Of a stretch of DNA of 64,000 nucleotides, positions 18,774-29,128 are shown in pieces. Below the pieces are notes generated by a model, which saw only the letters and a program-made list of their open reading frames with translations, ran no database searches and had not been told where the DNA came from. Made by a program: the position numbers and the translations under genes. The stretch covers positions 3,784-67,783 of the forward strand of contig JBNASH010000033.1 of assembly GCA_049720475.1 (NCBI GenBank). Direction: 5' to 3'. Each line of letters opens with the position of its first letter. Positions within the stretch are counted from its first letter, which is position 1. The stretch comes from Minisyncoccia bacterium (GTDB taxonomy: Bacteria; Patescibacteriota; Minisyncoccia; UBA6257; JAAZHW01).

Positions 18774-20174
18774 TTATCGCCAAGTTGGCAACCACAATCG
18801 CTGGAGATATTGTTGATCCGTTAAAGAAAGACCATAACTCAATGGCGCAAAATACAAAAAGGATTGAATAATAACAATAAAAATAACAATTAAAATCAAA
18901 GGTTTGATGCGCAAGAAAAACCATAATAAGAAGCCACTAATCAAAGTCATAAAAATAAAAGATGGAAAATAATGATAAATAAAAGCCGGCCGGGTAATAA
19001 AAACATAAGGCAAGAGGTTTAAAAGATAACCAAAGGTTAAGATGAGCAGCGGTTGGAAATAAATTGTTTTATCTTTAAATCGCAATTCATAAAGTAAAGC
19101 AAAAATAGCAAAAATAGCACATAAAAAACCCAACCACCAAATTAAAGGATTACCAATCAAATAAATTCTCTCATTCGTTTGATCACTAATATTTTTGTGC
19201 CATTCAAAAATAGGGCGATACATTATTGGCCAGCTATACCATTTCGAACTATAAGGATGACTTTGTTTAATGCTGGCATTAGCAGCAAACATTTTTACAT
19301 TTAATTCAATAATGCGTTTGATTAAATTTGGCGGTTCATATTTACCATAATATTGATTGCCCAACAAAGCGCTTTGCGATTGTGGGGATAGAAAAGCATC
19401 ATGATTTGGTCCGCCAGTATACGGCAAACTTAATAAATGGATAGCAAAAACCCCAAAATAAACCAAAACAAAAATAACAAACATTATTATTGATTCTTTA
19501 ATAAATAGTTGGAATTTTTTATGAGAAATTCTGTCCAACAACAAAATCAAAGCGCCGACAGCAACAAAAACCAAAGCCGTCCACTTGACCAAAACGCTAG
19601 CTGTTAAAAATAAACTGGCCAAGAATAATTCTGGAAAAGAATTAGCATCTAATTTTTTATAATCCCTCAAACGCAAAACAAAATAAATACCTAAAGCGCC
19701 AAACGCCAAAAGAAAAATATCGGTAAAAATATAGCGCGATTGAACTAAAATGGCGTTGTCAAAAATAATAAATAATGATGCCAAAAAGCCTGGCCATTTA
19801 TTGTAAAATAATCTTTTGCCAATTCCATAAACAGCCAAAACCAAAATTAAACTAAAAAACATTTCTACCGCTCTAAACAATTTATAAAAATCGCCTTTAT
19901 ATTTATTACCAATTTGGGAGAAATCAGTATTGTTTGTTTCATCAAAACCAAAAATTTTTCCAGTTGCTGCCAAAATCATTTTTGCCAGCGGCGGATGAAT
20001 ATCAAAATAAAATTCACCTTTGAAATAATTGGTTGACCAACGAGCAAAATAAACTTCATCAAAAACAACTTCATCCGGATGACCAAAATAAGGAATTCTA
20101 GTTGCAGCCGTTAAAATAATGAGGATTGTAATCAAAACCCATTCTTTTTGAAAAAATTTAAGCATTTTTTTCAT
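18774..20174 (-). CDS. PMT-family (GT39-like) glycosyltransferase, polytopic
   Basis: GHPDEVVFDEVYFARW...FDIHPPLAKMI loop motif followed by about 10 TM segments. Confidence 0.65.
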   Translation of the reverse strand: MKKMLKFFQKEWVLITILIILTAATRIPYFGHPDEVVFDEVYFARWSTNYFKGEFYFDIHPPLAKMILAATGKIFGFDETNNTDFSQIGNKYKGDFYKLFRAVEMFFSLILVLAVYGIGKRLFYNKWPGFLASLFIIFDNAILVQSRYIFTDIFLLAFGALGIYFVLRLRDYKKLDANSFPELFLASLFLTASVLVKWTALVFVAVGALILLLDRISHKKFQLFIKESIIMFVIFVLVYFGVFAIHLLSLPYTGGPNHDAFLSPQSQSALLGNQYYGKYEPPNLIKRIIELNVKMFAANASIKQSHPYSSKWYSWPIMYRPIFEWHKNISDQTNERIYLIGNPLIWWLGFLCAIFAIFALLYELRFKDKTIYFQPLLILTFGYLLNLLPYVFITRPAFIYHYFPSFIFMTLISGFLLWFFLRIKPLILIVIFIVIIQSFLYFAPLSYGLSLTDQQYLQRLWLPTWR

Positions 20175-20995
20175 AATTGAAATAAATTAAAACAATTTTC
20201 TGTAGTTATTTCAGCAATTTTATTTAAAGACATTTTTTTGATTTTGGCAACTTTTTCGGCAATAAATTCCACAAAAATCGGCTCATTTCTTTTTCCTCGA
20301 TAAGGAACCGGTGCGACATAAGGACAGTCTGTTTCTACTAATAATTTATCCAAGGGCAAAGAGGCGATAATATTATCATAACTTTCCGTAAAAGTAATCA
20401 CGCCTGGAAAAGAAATATAAAATCCGTGTTGAATAAATTCTTTAGCCAGTTTTAAATCGCCGGAAAAAAAATGAACCACTCCACTCCGAACACTTTTTTC
20501 ATTAAATCCATAATTTTTTAAAATTTCTAAAGCATCAAAGTAAGCATCTAAATTTTTGCTGGCGCGAAGATGCAAAACTAAAGGTTTTTGAATTTCTTTG
20601 GCAAATTCTATTTGTTTTTTAAATTCTTCCTTTTGCTTTTCTCTGGCTTCTTTTGATGAGTTATGAAAATAATCCAAACCACATTCGCCCACTCCTACTA
20701 TTTTCTTGCTTTGCGCCAATTGAAAAAATTTCTCTTTCATAAAAAATTCAACCTCGCTTTCTCCCTCATTTGGATCTCGAGATTCAAAAAGATGAATAGG
20801 ATGAAGTCCTATTACCGCATATAAAAAATCATATTCTTCTGCTAATTCCAATGCTTTTTGGGATAATAAAAAATTAGAACCAATATTAATGGCCCAAATA
20901 TTTTTCTGCTTCATCCGCTCAATGACTTCTTTTCTATCATTATCATAAGCGGCAAATTGCAAATGGGCGTGAGAATCAATTAGAAATGGTTTCAT
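20171..20995 (-). CDS. tatD: TatD-family metal-dependent hydrolase/DNase
   Basis: LIDSHAHLQF..., GECGLDY, LVLHLR, VETDCPYVAP. Confidence 0.85.
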   Translation of the reverse strand: MKPFLIDSHAHLQFAAYDNDRKEVIERMKQKNIWAINIGSNFLLSQKALELAEEYDFLYAVIGLHPIHLFESRDPNEGESEVEFFMKEKFFQLAQSKKIVGVGECGLDYFHNSSKEAREKQKEEFKKQIEFAKEIQKPLVLHLRASKNLDAYFDALEILKNYGFNEKSVRSGVVHFFSGDLKLAKEFIQHGFYISFPGVITFTESYDNIIASLPLDKLLVETDCPYVAPVPYRGKRNEPIFVEFIAEKVAKIKKMSLNKIAEITTENCFNLFQL

Positions 20996-20996
20996 A

Positions 20997-22475
20997 TTAA
21001 TTTAATCGCGGGAAAAGAGGCGGAATTCTTTTGACCGTAAATTCTTTGCCTAAAAAATTAATTTCGTTTTTAATCCCCAACGAATCCTTTATCTTTAAAG
21101 CGGTGTTGGGAAGATAAGGAGAAATTAAATCAGCTAAATTAGCGAGAATCAGCCACAAACTGCTCAAAATCTCATTCTTCTTTTGAACATCTTCAATCGC
21201 CCAAACTTGTGTTTGATTTATAAAAACATCAGCTTTGCTAATCAATTGCAAGAAAGCCTCGGCCGCTTGATTAAATCGGAAATCATTCATTGCTTCATCA
21301 TATTTTTGCCACGTCTCATCAATTTCATTTTTTAATAAATTGCTATTGATTTTAATTCTTCCTCCTTGTTTTTCGATTAATGCCACTACGCGATTTAATA
21401 AATTCCCCAAACCATTAGCCAATTCTTTTTCATAGCGCTCTTTAATGTTGGTTATTGTCAAATTGCCATCCTGCGCCAATGAAAATTCTTTTAGCAAATA
21501 ATAACGAATGGTTTCCACGCCAAATTGATTAGCCAATTCCACTGGATCAATAATATTGCCAATTGATTTAGACATTTTTTGACCTTCTACGGTAATAAAT
21601 CCATGAATAATAATTTTAGTTGGCAAACGCACACCAGCTGATAAAAGCATCGCCGGCCAATAAATGCAGTGGAATTTTGTAATGTCTTTACCAATAAAAT
21701 GCCAGATTTGGGTGGAAGGATCGTCCCACCAAGCGCGATACAAAGGAGAATTAATAGCATAACCCAAAGCTGTTATATAATTGCAAAGCGCATCAAACCA
21801 AACATAAATAATTTGACTATCGTCGTTCGGCACAGAAATACCCCAATTATGCGCTCGTTCTTTAGAACGTGAGATACTAAAATCTTTTAATCCGCCTTTA
21901 ATAAAATTCTCCACTTCCACCTTTCGATTTTCCGGCACAATTTGAATTTGATTAGTTTGATAAATCTCCTCTAATTTTTTCTCGTAATTAGAGAGTTTAA
22001 AAAAATAATTTCTTTCTGAAACCACCTGCGGCGGAGTTTTATGATTTGGGCATAATCCATCTATCAAATCCGTATCTTTTAAAAAATCTTCACAACCAAC
22101 ACAATATAATCCTTGATAATCACTCTGATAAATATCTTTTTGGGCGGCTTGCCAAAATTTTTTTACACCATCAATATGGCGCTTTTCGGTTGTGCGGATA
22201 AAATCAGAAATGCTAATATCATAAAGTTTTAAAATATCTTTAAATAACTGCGCCTTCTCATTAACCAAATCTATCGGCGAAATTCCTATCTTTTCCGCCG
22301 CTAAAGCATTCTTTAAACTATTTTCATCAACGCCGGTTAAAAAATAAACGTCATTGCCTTTGAGGCGTTGATAACGCGCCACGCAATCAGCTTGAATAAA
22401 TTCTAAAACATGACCAATATGCGGATCGGCATTAACATAAGGAATGGCAGTTGTAATATAAATTTTTTTGAGCAT
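20997..22475 (-). CDS. metG: Methionyl-tRNA synthetase
   Basis: ITTAIPYVNADPHIGHVLE (HIGH), zinc knuckle CVGCEDF...CPNH, and KMSKSIGN. Confidence 0.95.
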   Translation of the reverse strand: MLKKIYITTAIPYVNADPHIGHVLEFIQADCVARYQRLKGNDVYFLTGVDENSLKNALAAEKIGISPIDLVNEKAQLFKDILKLYDISISDFIRTTEKRHIDGVKKFWQAAQKDIYQSDYQGLYCVGCEDFLKDTDLIDGLCPNHKTPPQVVSERNYFFKLSNYEKKLEEIYQTNQIQIVPENRKVEVENFIKGGLKDFSISRSKERAHNWGISVPNDDSQIIYVWFDALCNYITALGYAINSPLYRAWWDDPSTQIWHFIGKDITKFHCIYWPAMLLSAGVRLPTKIIIHGFITVEGQKMSKSIGNIIDPVELANQFGVETIRYYLLKEFSLAQDGNLTITNIKERYEKELANGLGNLLNRVVALIEKQGGRIKINSNLLKNEIDETWQKYDEAMNDFRFNQAAEAFLQLISKADVFINQTQVWAIEDVQKKNEILSSLWLILANLADLISPYLPNTALKIKDSLGIKNEINFLGKEFTVKRIPPLFPRLN

Positions 22476-22517
22476 AATAAAATAATAATTGTCGATTTTT
22501 AAATTTCAAATTTAAAA

Positions 22518-23036
22518 ATGATTCTAAGTGTTCACTTTATCACCGGCGCGGCAATCACCAAACTAATTCCAAACAAATTGATTGCTTATCCTCTAGCATT
22601 TTTCAGTCATTTTTTGCTTGATGCTTTGCCGCATACTGATTATTCACTTAAAGGTCTTTCTGCTGGCTGGAAAAAACAAACTTTTTACGAAGCTATCTCA
22701 AGTTTAATTTTAGACTTATTATTTGGTATTGCTTTTATTATAATCTGGGCGATGGCTTTTGACAATTTTAATATCACAATGGCTTTAACAGGTGGCTTTT
22801 TGGGGGTTTTACCAGATTTTCTTAATCTTATCGCATATGGTCTGCACAATAAAAATTTTCTATTGTTTATTAAAGGTCATCCCCTAACCGAACTTGAAGA
22901 ATTTAAAACCAAGACCCAAAATCCTTATTATCGCTTTCATCATTTTATACACAACAAAAAAGAGCCGAGTAATTTTTTAGGCATTATAACGCAATTGATT
23001 GTTTTTTTAGTGAGTTTAATTGTTTTGGTAAAATAA
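22518..23036 (+). CDS. Small membrane protein (possibly a YdjM/DUF457-like membrane hydrolase)
   Basis: 172 aa, 4-5 TM segments, HFLLDALPH motif. The assignment is tentative. Confidence 0.35.
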   Translation: MILSVHFITGAAITKLIPNKLIAYPLAFFSHFLLDALPHTDYSLKGLSAGWKKQTFYEAISSLILDLLFGIAFIIIWAMAFDNFNITMALTGGFLGVLPDFLNLIAYGLHNKNFLLFIKGHPLTELEEFKTKTQNPYYRFHHFIHNKKEPSNFLGIITQLIVFLVSLIVLVK

Positions 23037-23070
23037 AAATGGCGAACCGGAGGCTCGCCATTTTTCTATT

Positions 23071-24117
23071 TTACGGCAAAGGGGGTGCTTCTGGCTCTCC
23101 TTTTTTATTAATCTCTTTAATTGTTTCTTCAATAACAATAATAGTTGGCAAAGCAATTAAAACGCCCACCACGCCACCTAATTTAGCACCAATCAATAAA
23201 CCCAAAATAACAATTACTGGATTAAACCCAATGGTTTTCTTCATCGTCAAAGGAATTACCAAATCATTTTCTAATCGCTGAATTAAAATAAAAGCAAGTG
23301 CTGTCCATAAGGCCAACGGCACTGATTGCGTTAAAGCAACTAAAGTTGCTACAATGCCAGCCAAAATTGGACCAACCACTGGAACTAATTCACAAAACGC
23401 ACCAAATAACGCCAAAACAAAAGCGTATCTTACACCCAACAAAAGCAAAGCCGCTAAATCCAAAACACCAATGAAAGTACTTAACAAAAGCTGAACCCGC
23501 AACCATTTCCCCAATCGCAATTTCGAACGATACCAAATTTTTAATACTGTTGTTTCAATGCTTGCCGGCAAAACAAATTTTATAAAATCCGCCACACCAT
23601 CTTTTTTAAGCAAAAGATAAAAGGAAATTAAAAAGACGGTTACAACCGAAACAATGCCGCCACCCAAATTAAACAAAATAGCAAAAAACCTGCCGGCATC
23701 CTGAAACAAAGAACCTTGATAAGTTGATAAGAAATCCAAAATTTTCTCACCTAATTGAGAAGTGGTGGCTGACCCAAAAAACTTTTCTGAAAATCCTGGC
23801 AATAAATTACCAATGTTTAAAATTTGCTCATAAACAATCGGAAAAGAAAAATACAAAATGGCAGCCAAAAGAAGCAAGATGCCTAAATAAATAATAATTG
23901 CGCCCAAAAAACGCGGCCAGCGCTTTTTTTCAAACCAATCAACCAAAGGCGTTAAAGCCGCCGCTACAATAATCGCCACAAAAAGCATCACAAAAACTGA
24001 CCTTAAAACATAAATTAAGGCCAAAATAATCACAAGCAAAAACAACCTCCAAAAACTCATCCACGATATTTCCAATGTTTGCCTCTCTTTAGCCATCAGT
24101 TTTATTATAAAAATCAA
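23071..24117 (-). CDS. AI-2E family transporter (PerM/UPF0118); probable true start at 24096
   Basis: 8-TM profile with a Pro/Gly-rich C-terminal core (ELVPVVGPILAGIVA...). A TATAAT at 24104..24109 lies 7 nt from the ATG at 24096. Confidence 0.7.
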   Translation of the reverse strand: MIFIIKLMAKERQTLEISWMSFWRLFLLVIILALIYVLRSVFVMLFVAIIVAAALTPLVDWFEKKRWPRFLGAIIIYLGILLLLAAILYFSFPIVYEQILNIGNLLPGFSEKFFGSATTSQLGEKILDFLSTYQGSLFQDAGRFFAILFNLGGGIVSVVTVFLISFYLLLKKDGVADFIKFVLPASIETTVLKIWYRSKLRLGKWLRVQLLLSTFIGVLDLAALLLLGVRYAFVLALFGAFCELVPVVGPILAGIVATLVALTQSVPLALWTALAFILIQRLENDLVIPLTMKKTIGFNPVIVILGLLIGAKLGGVVGVLIALPTIIVIEETIKEINKKGEPEAPPLP

Positions 24118-24182
24118 AAATAATTTAGCAAATAGAAACTCTGGGAAACTCAGTTTTTATTCTTTAAATCCTGGGTTATAAT
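24104..24182. promoter_or_regulatory. Divergent promoter pair giving leaderless mRNAs
   Basis: Minus-sense TATAAT at 24109..24104 is 7 nt from ATG 24096. Plus-sense TATAAT at 24177..24182 is 6 nt from ATG 24189. Confidence 0.55.
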
Positions 24183-24188
24183 AAAAAT

Positions 24189-25274
24189 ATGAAAATTTTA
24201 CTTGTTATTACACACGGAAAAATTGGCGGAGCTACTAATATGGTCTATTGGCTGGCGAAAGGAATAAAAGACGCTGGAGAAAATGTTGTGGTGAGTTTTG
24301 GTGAAGGAGAATATCTTAGACAAAAACTCGAAAAAGAAAATATTCCCTACTACAATTTCAAATGGCTCAAGAGAACGCACAATCCTTTTGCTAATCTCTG
24401 TTTTATTGCGGAAATTAAAAAATTCCTGGACAAAAACCATTTTGACATCATTCATTTGAATTCCACCAATGCTTTATTTGGTGCAATTGGTGCCAAACTT
24501 TCTCAATCAAAACCAAAAACCATTTTTACTTTTCACGGTCTTTCAATTTTAGATCCTAATTATAAAAAACTTTTCCTTTTGAAAATATTTTATTGGTTAT
24601 TATTCAAATTTTTGCTAATTTTTGTTGATATTCCAGTTTTTGTTTGTCAAAAAAATTTAGAAATTGCGCAAAAAATCGGCCTAATAAAAAAGGGAGTGGT
24701 AATTTACAATGGGATAGAAAAACCTGAATTTTTAGACAGAGAACGAGTTAGAAAATTTTTTGAAGAAAAATTAAAAATGTCTTTGAAAGATATTTTTGTT
24801 ATCGGCTCAATTGGCAGATTAGACTATTCAAAAAATTATGAGTTTTTAATTGGGATTTTTCCAGAAATTCTAAAAATTAAAGAAAAGGCCATTTTAATTA
24901 TTATCGGCGAAGGACCAGAAAGAAAAAAATATGAAAATTTAATTGCAAATTTGAATTTGAAAAATAAAATTTTTCTTATCGGAGAAATTCCAAACGCTTC
25001 ACAATATATAAAAGGTTTTGATTTGTTTGTTTTGCCATCGCGTTATGAAGGATTATCAGTTACTCTAATCGAAGCTGTATTTGCTCAAATACCAATTTTA
25101 GCTTCAGATGTAGGTGGAAATAAAGAAATTGTCGGGGAAGAACATACTTTCAACCTCAATAACAAACAAGATTTTTTAGAAAAAATTAAAAAAATTAAAA
25201 ATTCAGAAGAAAGAGGAAGTGTTTTCAAAATTGAAGAAATGATCAAGAAATATTTATCTTTTTATTTATCCTAA
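24189..25274 (+). CDS. Glycosyltransferase, GT4 (GT-B fold)
   Basis: GGATNMVYWLAKG N-terminal half. C-terminal EGLSVTLIEAVFAQIPILASDVGGNKEIV matches the E-x7-E region. Confidence 0.8.
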   Translation: MKILLVITHGKIGGATNMVYWLAKGIKDAGENVVVSFGEGEYLRQKLEKENIPYYNFKWLKRTHNPFANLCFIAEIKKFLDKNHFDIIHLNSTNALFGAIGAKLSQSKPKTIFTFHGLSILDPNYKKLFLLKIFYWLLFKFLLIFVDIPVFVCQKNLEIAQKIGLIKKGVVIYNGIEKPEFLDRERVRKFFEEKLKMSLKDIFVIGSIGRLDYSKNYEFLIGIFPEILKIKEKAILIIIGEGPERKKYENLIANLNLKNKIFLIGEIPNASQYIKGFDLFVLPSRYEGLSVTLIEAVFAQIPILASDVGGNKEIVGEEHTFNLNNKQDFLEKIKKIKNSEERGSVFKIEEMIKKYLSFYLS

Positions 25275-26465
25275 TAATTTCTTCCATTGATCAATAATCT
25301 TCTCTGCTGAAAAATCAACTGCTCTTTCTTTTGCTTTTTTTGAATATTCTTTTCTTAGACTCTCATTCTTTAAAAATTCCTTTAAGGTTTCAACCCAAAT
25401 TTTTTCCTTTTCTGTTAGAGGATCTTCTGCGTTTTGAAATTTATTCTCGAAAGCTGGCATTAAAATTCCGTATTCTCCAAATTCTGGTTTTTGAATCTTT
25501 TTTAACAAATTAGTATTCGGGGCCAAAATTTCCCTCGGACCAGATTGGCAATCAGAACTAATTATCGGAACCCCACACGCCAAAGATTCTAATAAAACCA
25601 TGGGAAAGCCCTCCCACAAAGAAGGTAAAACAAAAAGAGCTGATTTTGCTATAAATTTAAAAGGATTTTTTTGGAATCCCAAAAAGTAAACATCAAAATC
25701 CGAACTTAAATCATCCTTATCCCACATAAAAGTCTTTAAACCAAGTTCTGTGGAAATTTTAAATAAATAATTTCTTAATTCACCATCTCCCAATATAACA
25801 AGTTTTAACATTGGAAAATCGTCTTTTAATGCTTTATAAATTCTAAGCAAAAACCACTGCCCCTTTTGTCTAGTTAAACGCCCAATATTTATAAGGACAG
25901 GATTGCAAAAAATATCCTCATATTCTTTTAATTCTTCCTGCATTTTTTCTTGTATATCTTTAAAATCAATTGGATTATAAATAACTTTAATTTTTTGTGG
26001 TTGAATTTTATAGAATTTTTCAAGTTCACTTTTTATACCCTCAGAAACCGAAATTATTATATCCGCTTTAGGATAAAGAATTCTTGTTAATAAATTATAT
26101 GGATGCAACTTTGACCTTCCTACAGATTGGGACATATGTACAGAAATAATGGTTTTATGTTTACTTAACAAAGAAGCTAAAATATTAACATAATTTGCTC
26201 GCTCTAACATCGAAACTATTATAGAATCACTCCGAATTTTTTTAGCTAATCTCCAAGCATAAATTGGAATAAAAAGACTCTTCAAAATAGGACTGAATTT
26301 AATGTGATGATCTGATAAGAATTCTATTTGTTGGTTATTTAATTGGTACTTTACATCTTTTTCTAATAGGAAAATTTTAGAAAAATTCAAAAAATTGTAG
26401 AGATTTATAGCTACTCTTTCAGCGCCTCCAAAGGCTAATGAATTAATAAGAATGTATCTATTCAT
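25266..26465 (-). CDS. Glycosyltransferase, GT4 (GT-B fold)
   Basis: FGGAERVAINL..., and PSLWEGFPMVLLESLACGVPIISSDCQSGPREIL. Confidence 0.8.
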   Translation of the reverse strand: MNRYILINSLAFGGAERVAINLYNFLNFSKIFLLEKDVKYQLNNQQIEFLSDHHIKFSPILKSLFIPIYAWRLAKKIRSDSIIVSMLERANYVNILASLLSKHKTIISVHMSQSVGRSKLHPYNLLTRILYPKADIIISVSEGIKSELEKFYKIQPQKIKVIYNPIDFKDIQEKMQEELKEYEDIFCNPVLINIGRLTRQKGQWFLLRIYKALKDDFPMLKLVILGDGELRNYLFKISTELGLKTFMWDKDDLSSDFDVYFLGFQKNPFKFIAKSALFVLPSLWEGFPMVLLESLACGVPIISSDCQSGPREILAPNTNLLKKIQKPEFGEYGILMPAFENKFQNAEDPLTEKEKIWVETLKEFLKNESLRKEYSKKAKERAVDFSAEKIIDQWKKLLG

Positions 26466-27400
26466 TTTATATACAAATAATAAATAATTTCTATAATGTG
26501 TCTGGCTTTATAAGGAGAAATAAGATAGATAAGCCATTTAAAATAGTTATGAAGTTTGGGGCTAAATTTTATGATTATATTTTCTAAATATTGAGATAGA
26601 TAATCTAAAAATTTTGCAAAAAAATTAATTTTTCCATTTAAAACTTTTTTTAGATCAACTTCGCTCACTTCTTTATTTTTTCTTAAATTGTCTGCTATTA
26701 AAAAAGTCAATTTTAGCTGCATTGGTCGTTGGACAGATATTCTACCTCTTCGATACTCTACTCTATATTTAAGAAGAGGTTCATTAATGAAGCCTATTTG
26801 GCACCCATTTAAAACCGCTCGTGCTAATAATTCGTAATCCTCAACTGTTTGAAATTGAGGACGATAATAATTCAATTTTGTAATAAAAGATTTTCTAAAA
26901 AACCAAGTAGGGTGCGGGATTGGACTTATACCGGCGCAAAGTTTTTTTATGATTGTTTCTTTTGTTAAGCTTTTCGATTCGTTCAAAATCTGATTTTGGG
27001 GATTTATAAAAATTACCTTGCTACCAACCAAATCAATTTGTGGATTTTGTTTCATGTAATTTAATTGTGTTTCGAATCTATGCAATAAAGCAATATCATC
27101 AGCGTCCATACGGGCTATAAATTCTCCTTCGGCTAAGGAAATTGCTTTATTTAATGATTGTGGCAATCCCAAATTTTTCTCATTAATAATCAATCTTGCT
27201 CTGTCATCGTTGTTTAAACAATTTTTTACGGCATTATAAACTCTCAAAAATTCCGCATCATCTTTTCCTGTATCTATAACAATTAATAATTCAAATTTTT
27301 TAAAAGTTTGATTGAGTACGCTCTTTATAGATTCCTGAACATATTCATCCTTCTCTTTAAATACGGGTAAAATTACTGAAAGAGTAATTTTGTGAAACAT
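26462..27400 (-). CDS. Glycosyltransferase family 2
   Basis: LSVILPVFKEKDEYVQESIKSVLNQTF...ARMDADDIAL (DxD). Confidence 0.85.
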   Translation of the reverse strand: MFHKITLSVILPVFKEKDEYVQESIKSVLNQTFKKFELLIVIDTGKDDAEFLRVYNAVKNCLNNDDRARLIINEKNLGLPQSLNKAISLAEGEFIARMDADDIALLHRFETQLNYMKQNPQIDLVGSKVIFINPQNQILNESKSLTKETIIKKLCAGISPIPHPTWFFRKSFITKLNYYRPQFQTVEDYELLARAVLNGCQIGFINEPLLKYRVEYRRGRISVQRPMQLKLTFLIADNLRKNKEVSEVDLKKVLNGKINFFAKFLDYLSQYLENIIIKFSPKLHNYFKWLIYLISPYKARHIIEIIYYLYIK

Positions 27401-27434
27401 GCCTCTATCATAAAAAATAACGACGCTATAAAAA

Positions 27435-28460
27435 TTAAGCTTTAAAAATTCTTCTTAATTTAAACTTTATTCTACTTTTGTAAATTTTTTTTAAATCCTT
27501 CCACGATAAATCCCTTTTTATCCCATCAATTAGATCACATGTATAAAAACATGGCTGACATTTTTTTGATATAATTATATTTTTAATTTCTTCCACTTTA
27601 TTTGAATTTTGTTGAAATAAATTTATTAAACTTAAGTCATAATCCTTTAAATTGCCCAGACACAAATCTGCAACTAATCCATCACAAGGATAAACATTTC
27701 CATCGCTATCTATAACTATTTTTTTTATTAATCCATAACATGGAAAAATTGTTTGACCATTATTAATATTGCGAATTAAATAATATTGGGGGAGGTATTC
27801 TGGATAAATATGTGAGAGTTTTTGAAGGATCGTCTCCAACTCTCGCAAGTCTTTTGAAGAAAATTTTGTAAAACCTTGATTGCCATCTAAATCCCCATAT
27901 CTAGAATCCATACGCCCAATTCCCATAATAATATCTACCCCCCGACTTCTCCAATAATGAAAAAATGGTATTGTTTCCTGAATATTAAAAGGGAAGGCTG
28001 TATAACTTAAAGAAAATGTGATATTATTCTTTTTTAAAAAATAAATTAGATTTTCTATTTTTTGATAATTTCCCACTATATTGCGAGAAAAATCATGAAT
28101 TTGCTGAAATCCATTGCAAGACAAGGAAATATCAAAAGGAATTTTCTTTTTTTTCAATAAAAGTACGTCTCTTTTTATCTTATCTATTAAAATTCCATTT
28201 GTGGCAAAAGATATTCTTGCTCCTGAGGTGCGATGAATAATTTCTGCAATTTCAACAAAATTTTCTTTTAAAGAAACTTCACCTCCTGTTAAATAAACTA
28301 TTTTAGCTTTTACATTGGAATAGATTTTTTTTAGGCTTTCTATCTTTAGAATTTCATCATTGCTCTTTTTTATCTCACCTCGCCAGATAGAACATGTGAT
28401 ACATTTCGAATTGCATCGCCATGTTAAATATTGAATTATAGTGTCAAATTGTAATGACAT
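27435..28460 (-). CDS. Radical SAM enzyme with a SPASM/twitch-like Cys-rich C-terminus
   Basis: CNSKCITCSIW (CxxxCxxC), then FPCYG...GNVYPCDG...CQPCFYTC. Confidence 0.8.
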   Translation of the reverse strand: MSLQFDTIIQYLTWRCNSKCITCSIWRGEIKKSNDEILKIESLKKIYSNVKAKIVYLTGGEVSLKENFVEIAEIIHRTSGARISFATNGILIDKIKRDVLLLKKKKIPFDISLSCNGFQQIHDFSRNIVGNYQKIENLIYFLKKNNITFSLSYTAFPFNIQETIPFFHYWRSRGVDIIMGIGRMDSRYGDLDGNQGFTKFSSKDLRELETILQKLSHIYPEYLPQYYLIRNINNGQTIFPCYGLIKKIVIDSDGNVYPCDGLVADLCLGNLKDYDLSLINLFQQNSNKVEEIKNIIISKKCQPCFYTCDLIDGIKRDLSWKDLKKIYKSRIKFKLRRIFKA

Positions 28461-29102
28461 TTATTTTTGTTTTTTTCGACACTTAAAATAAAAAGTTTTC
28501 ATATAGCTTAAATTTCTAACACATTTAAAGTTTTCGATGATAAAATAACGTCCTAATATTTTTGAAATTTGTACAAAAGTAAAATGATGTGGATGAGGCT
28601 TATCTTCCCAAATGCCAAATATCTCTAAAATTTTTTCAATAATTAAAAAGGGTTTGGAATAAGTATTGATTAAAAAATTTAACTCCCCGTCATTTTTTAA
28701 TATTCGATGCATTTCTCTTAAACCAAGCTCTGGATCTTCGATATGATCTAAAACGTTGATACAAAAAACTATATCAACATAATCGTCTTCTAAAGGAATA
28801 GCCTCCGCGGTAGCATTAATAAATTTAGTATTAGAATCTAAAGTATATTTTTTACTATATAAATTTATAAGAGGGTCTAATCCTATTTTTTCTTTGGCAT
28901 CCGTAATATAATGTACAACCCCCCTTGGTCCACATCCAACATCAATAATAGTTTTGTTTTTGGTATTAATACCACTGAGCAAATATTTCTTCCATCTTTC
29001 TTCTTCAACTTCATTCAATGCTAAGGAATTCCAAAAATTTAACTCTGCATCTTGAGCCTCCTTCCATCTATTTTTTTTATCTTTTTTTTGTATTATTACC
29101 AT
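28461..29102 (-). CDS. Class I SAM-dependent methyltransferase
   Basis: IIDVGCGPRGVV motif I, DIVFCINVLDHIEDP, and LKNDGEL. Confidence 0.8.
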   Translation of the reverse strand: MVIIQKKDKKNRWKEAQDAELNFWNSLALNEVEEERWKKYLLSGINTKNKTIIDVGCGPRGVVHYITDAKEKIGLDPLINLYSKKYTLDSNTKFINATAEAIPLEDDYVDIVFCINVLDHIEDPELGLREMHRILKNDGELNFLINTYSKPFLIIEKILEIFGIWEDKPHPHHFTFVQISKILGRYFIIENFKCVRNLSYMKTFYFKCRKKQK

Positions 29103-29128
29103 ATTTTCATAAAACTTTTTAAATGCTG

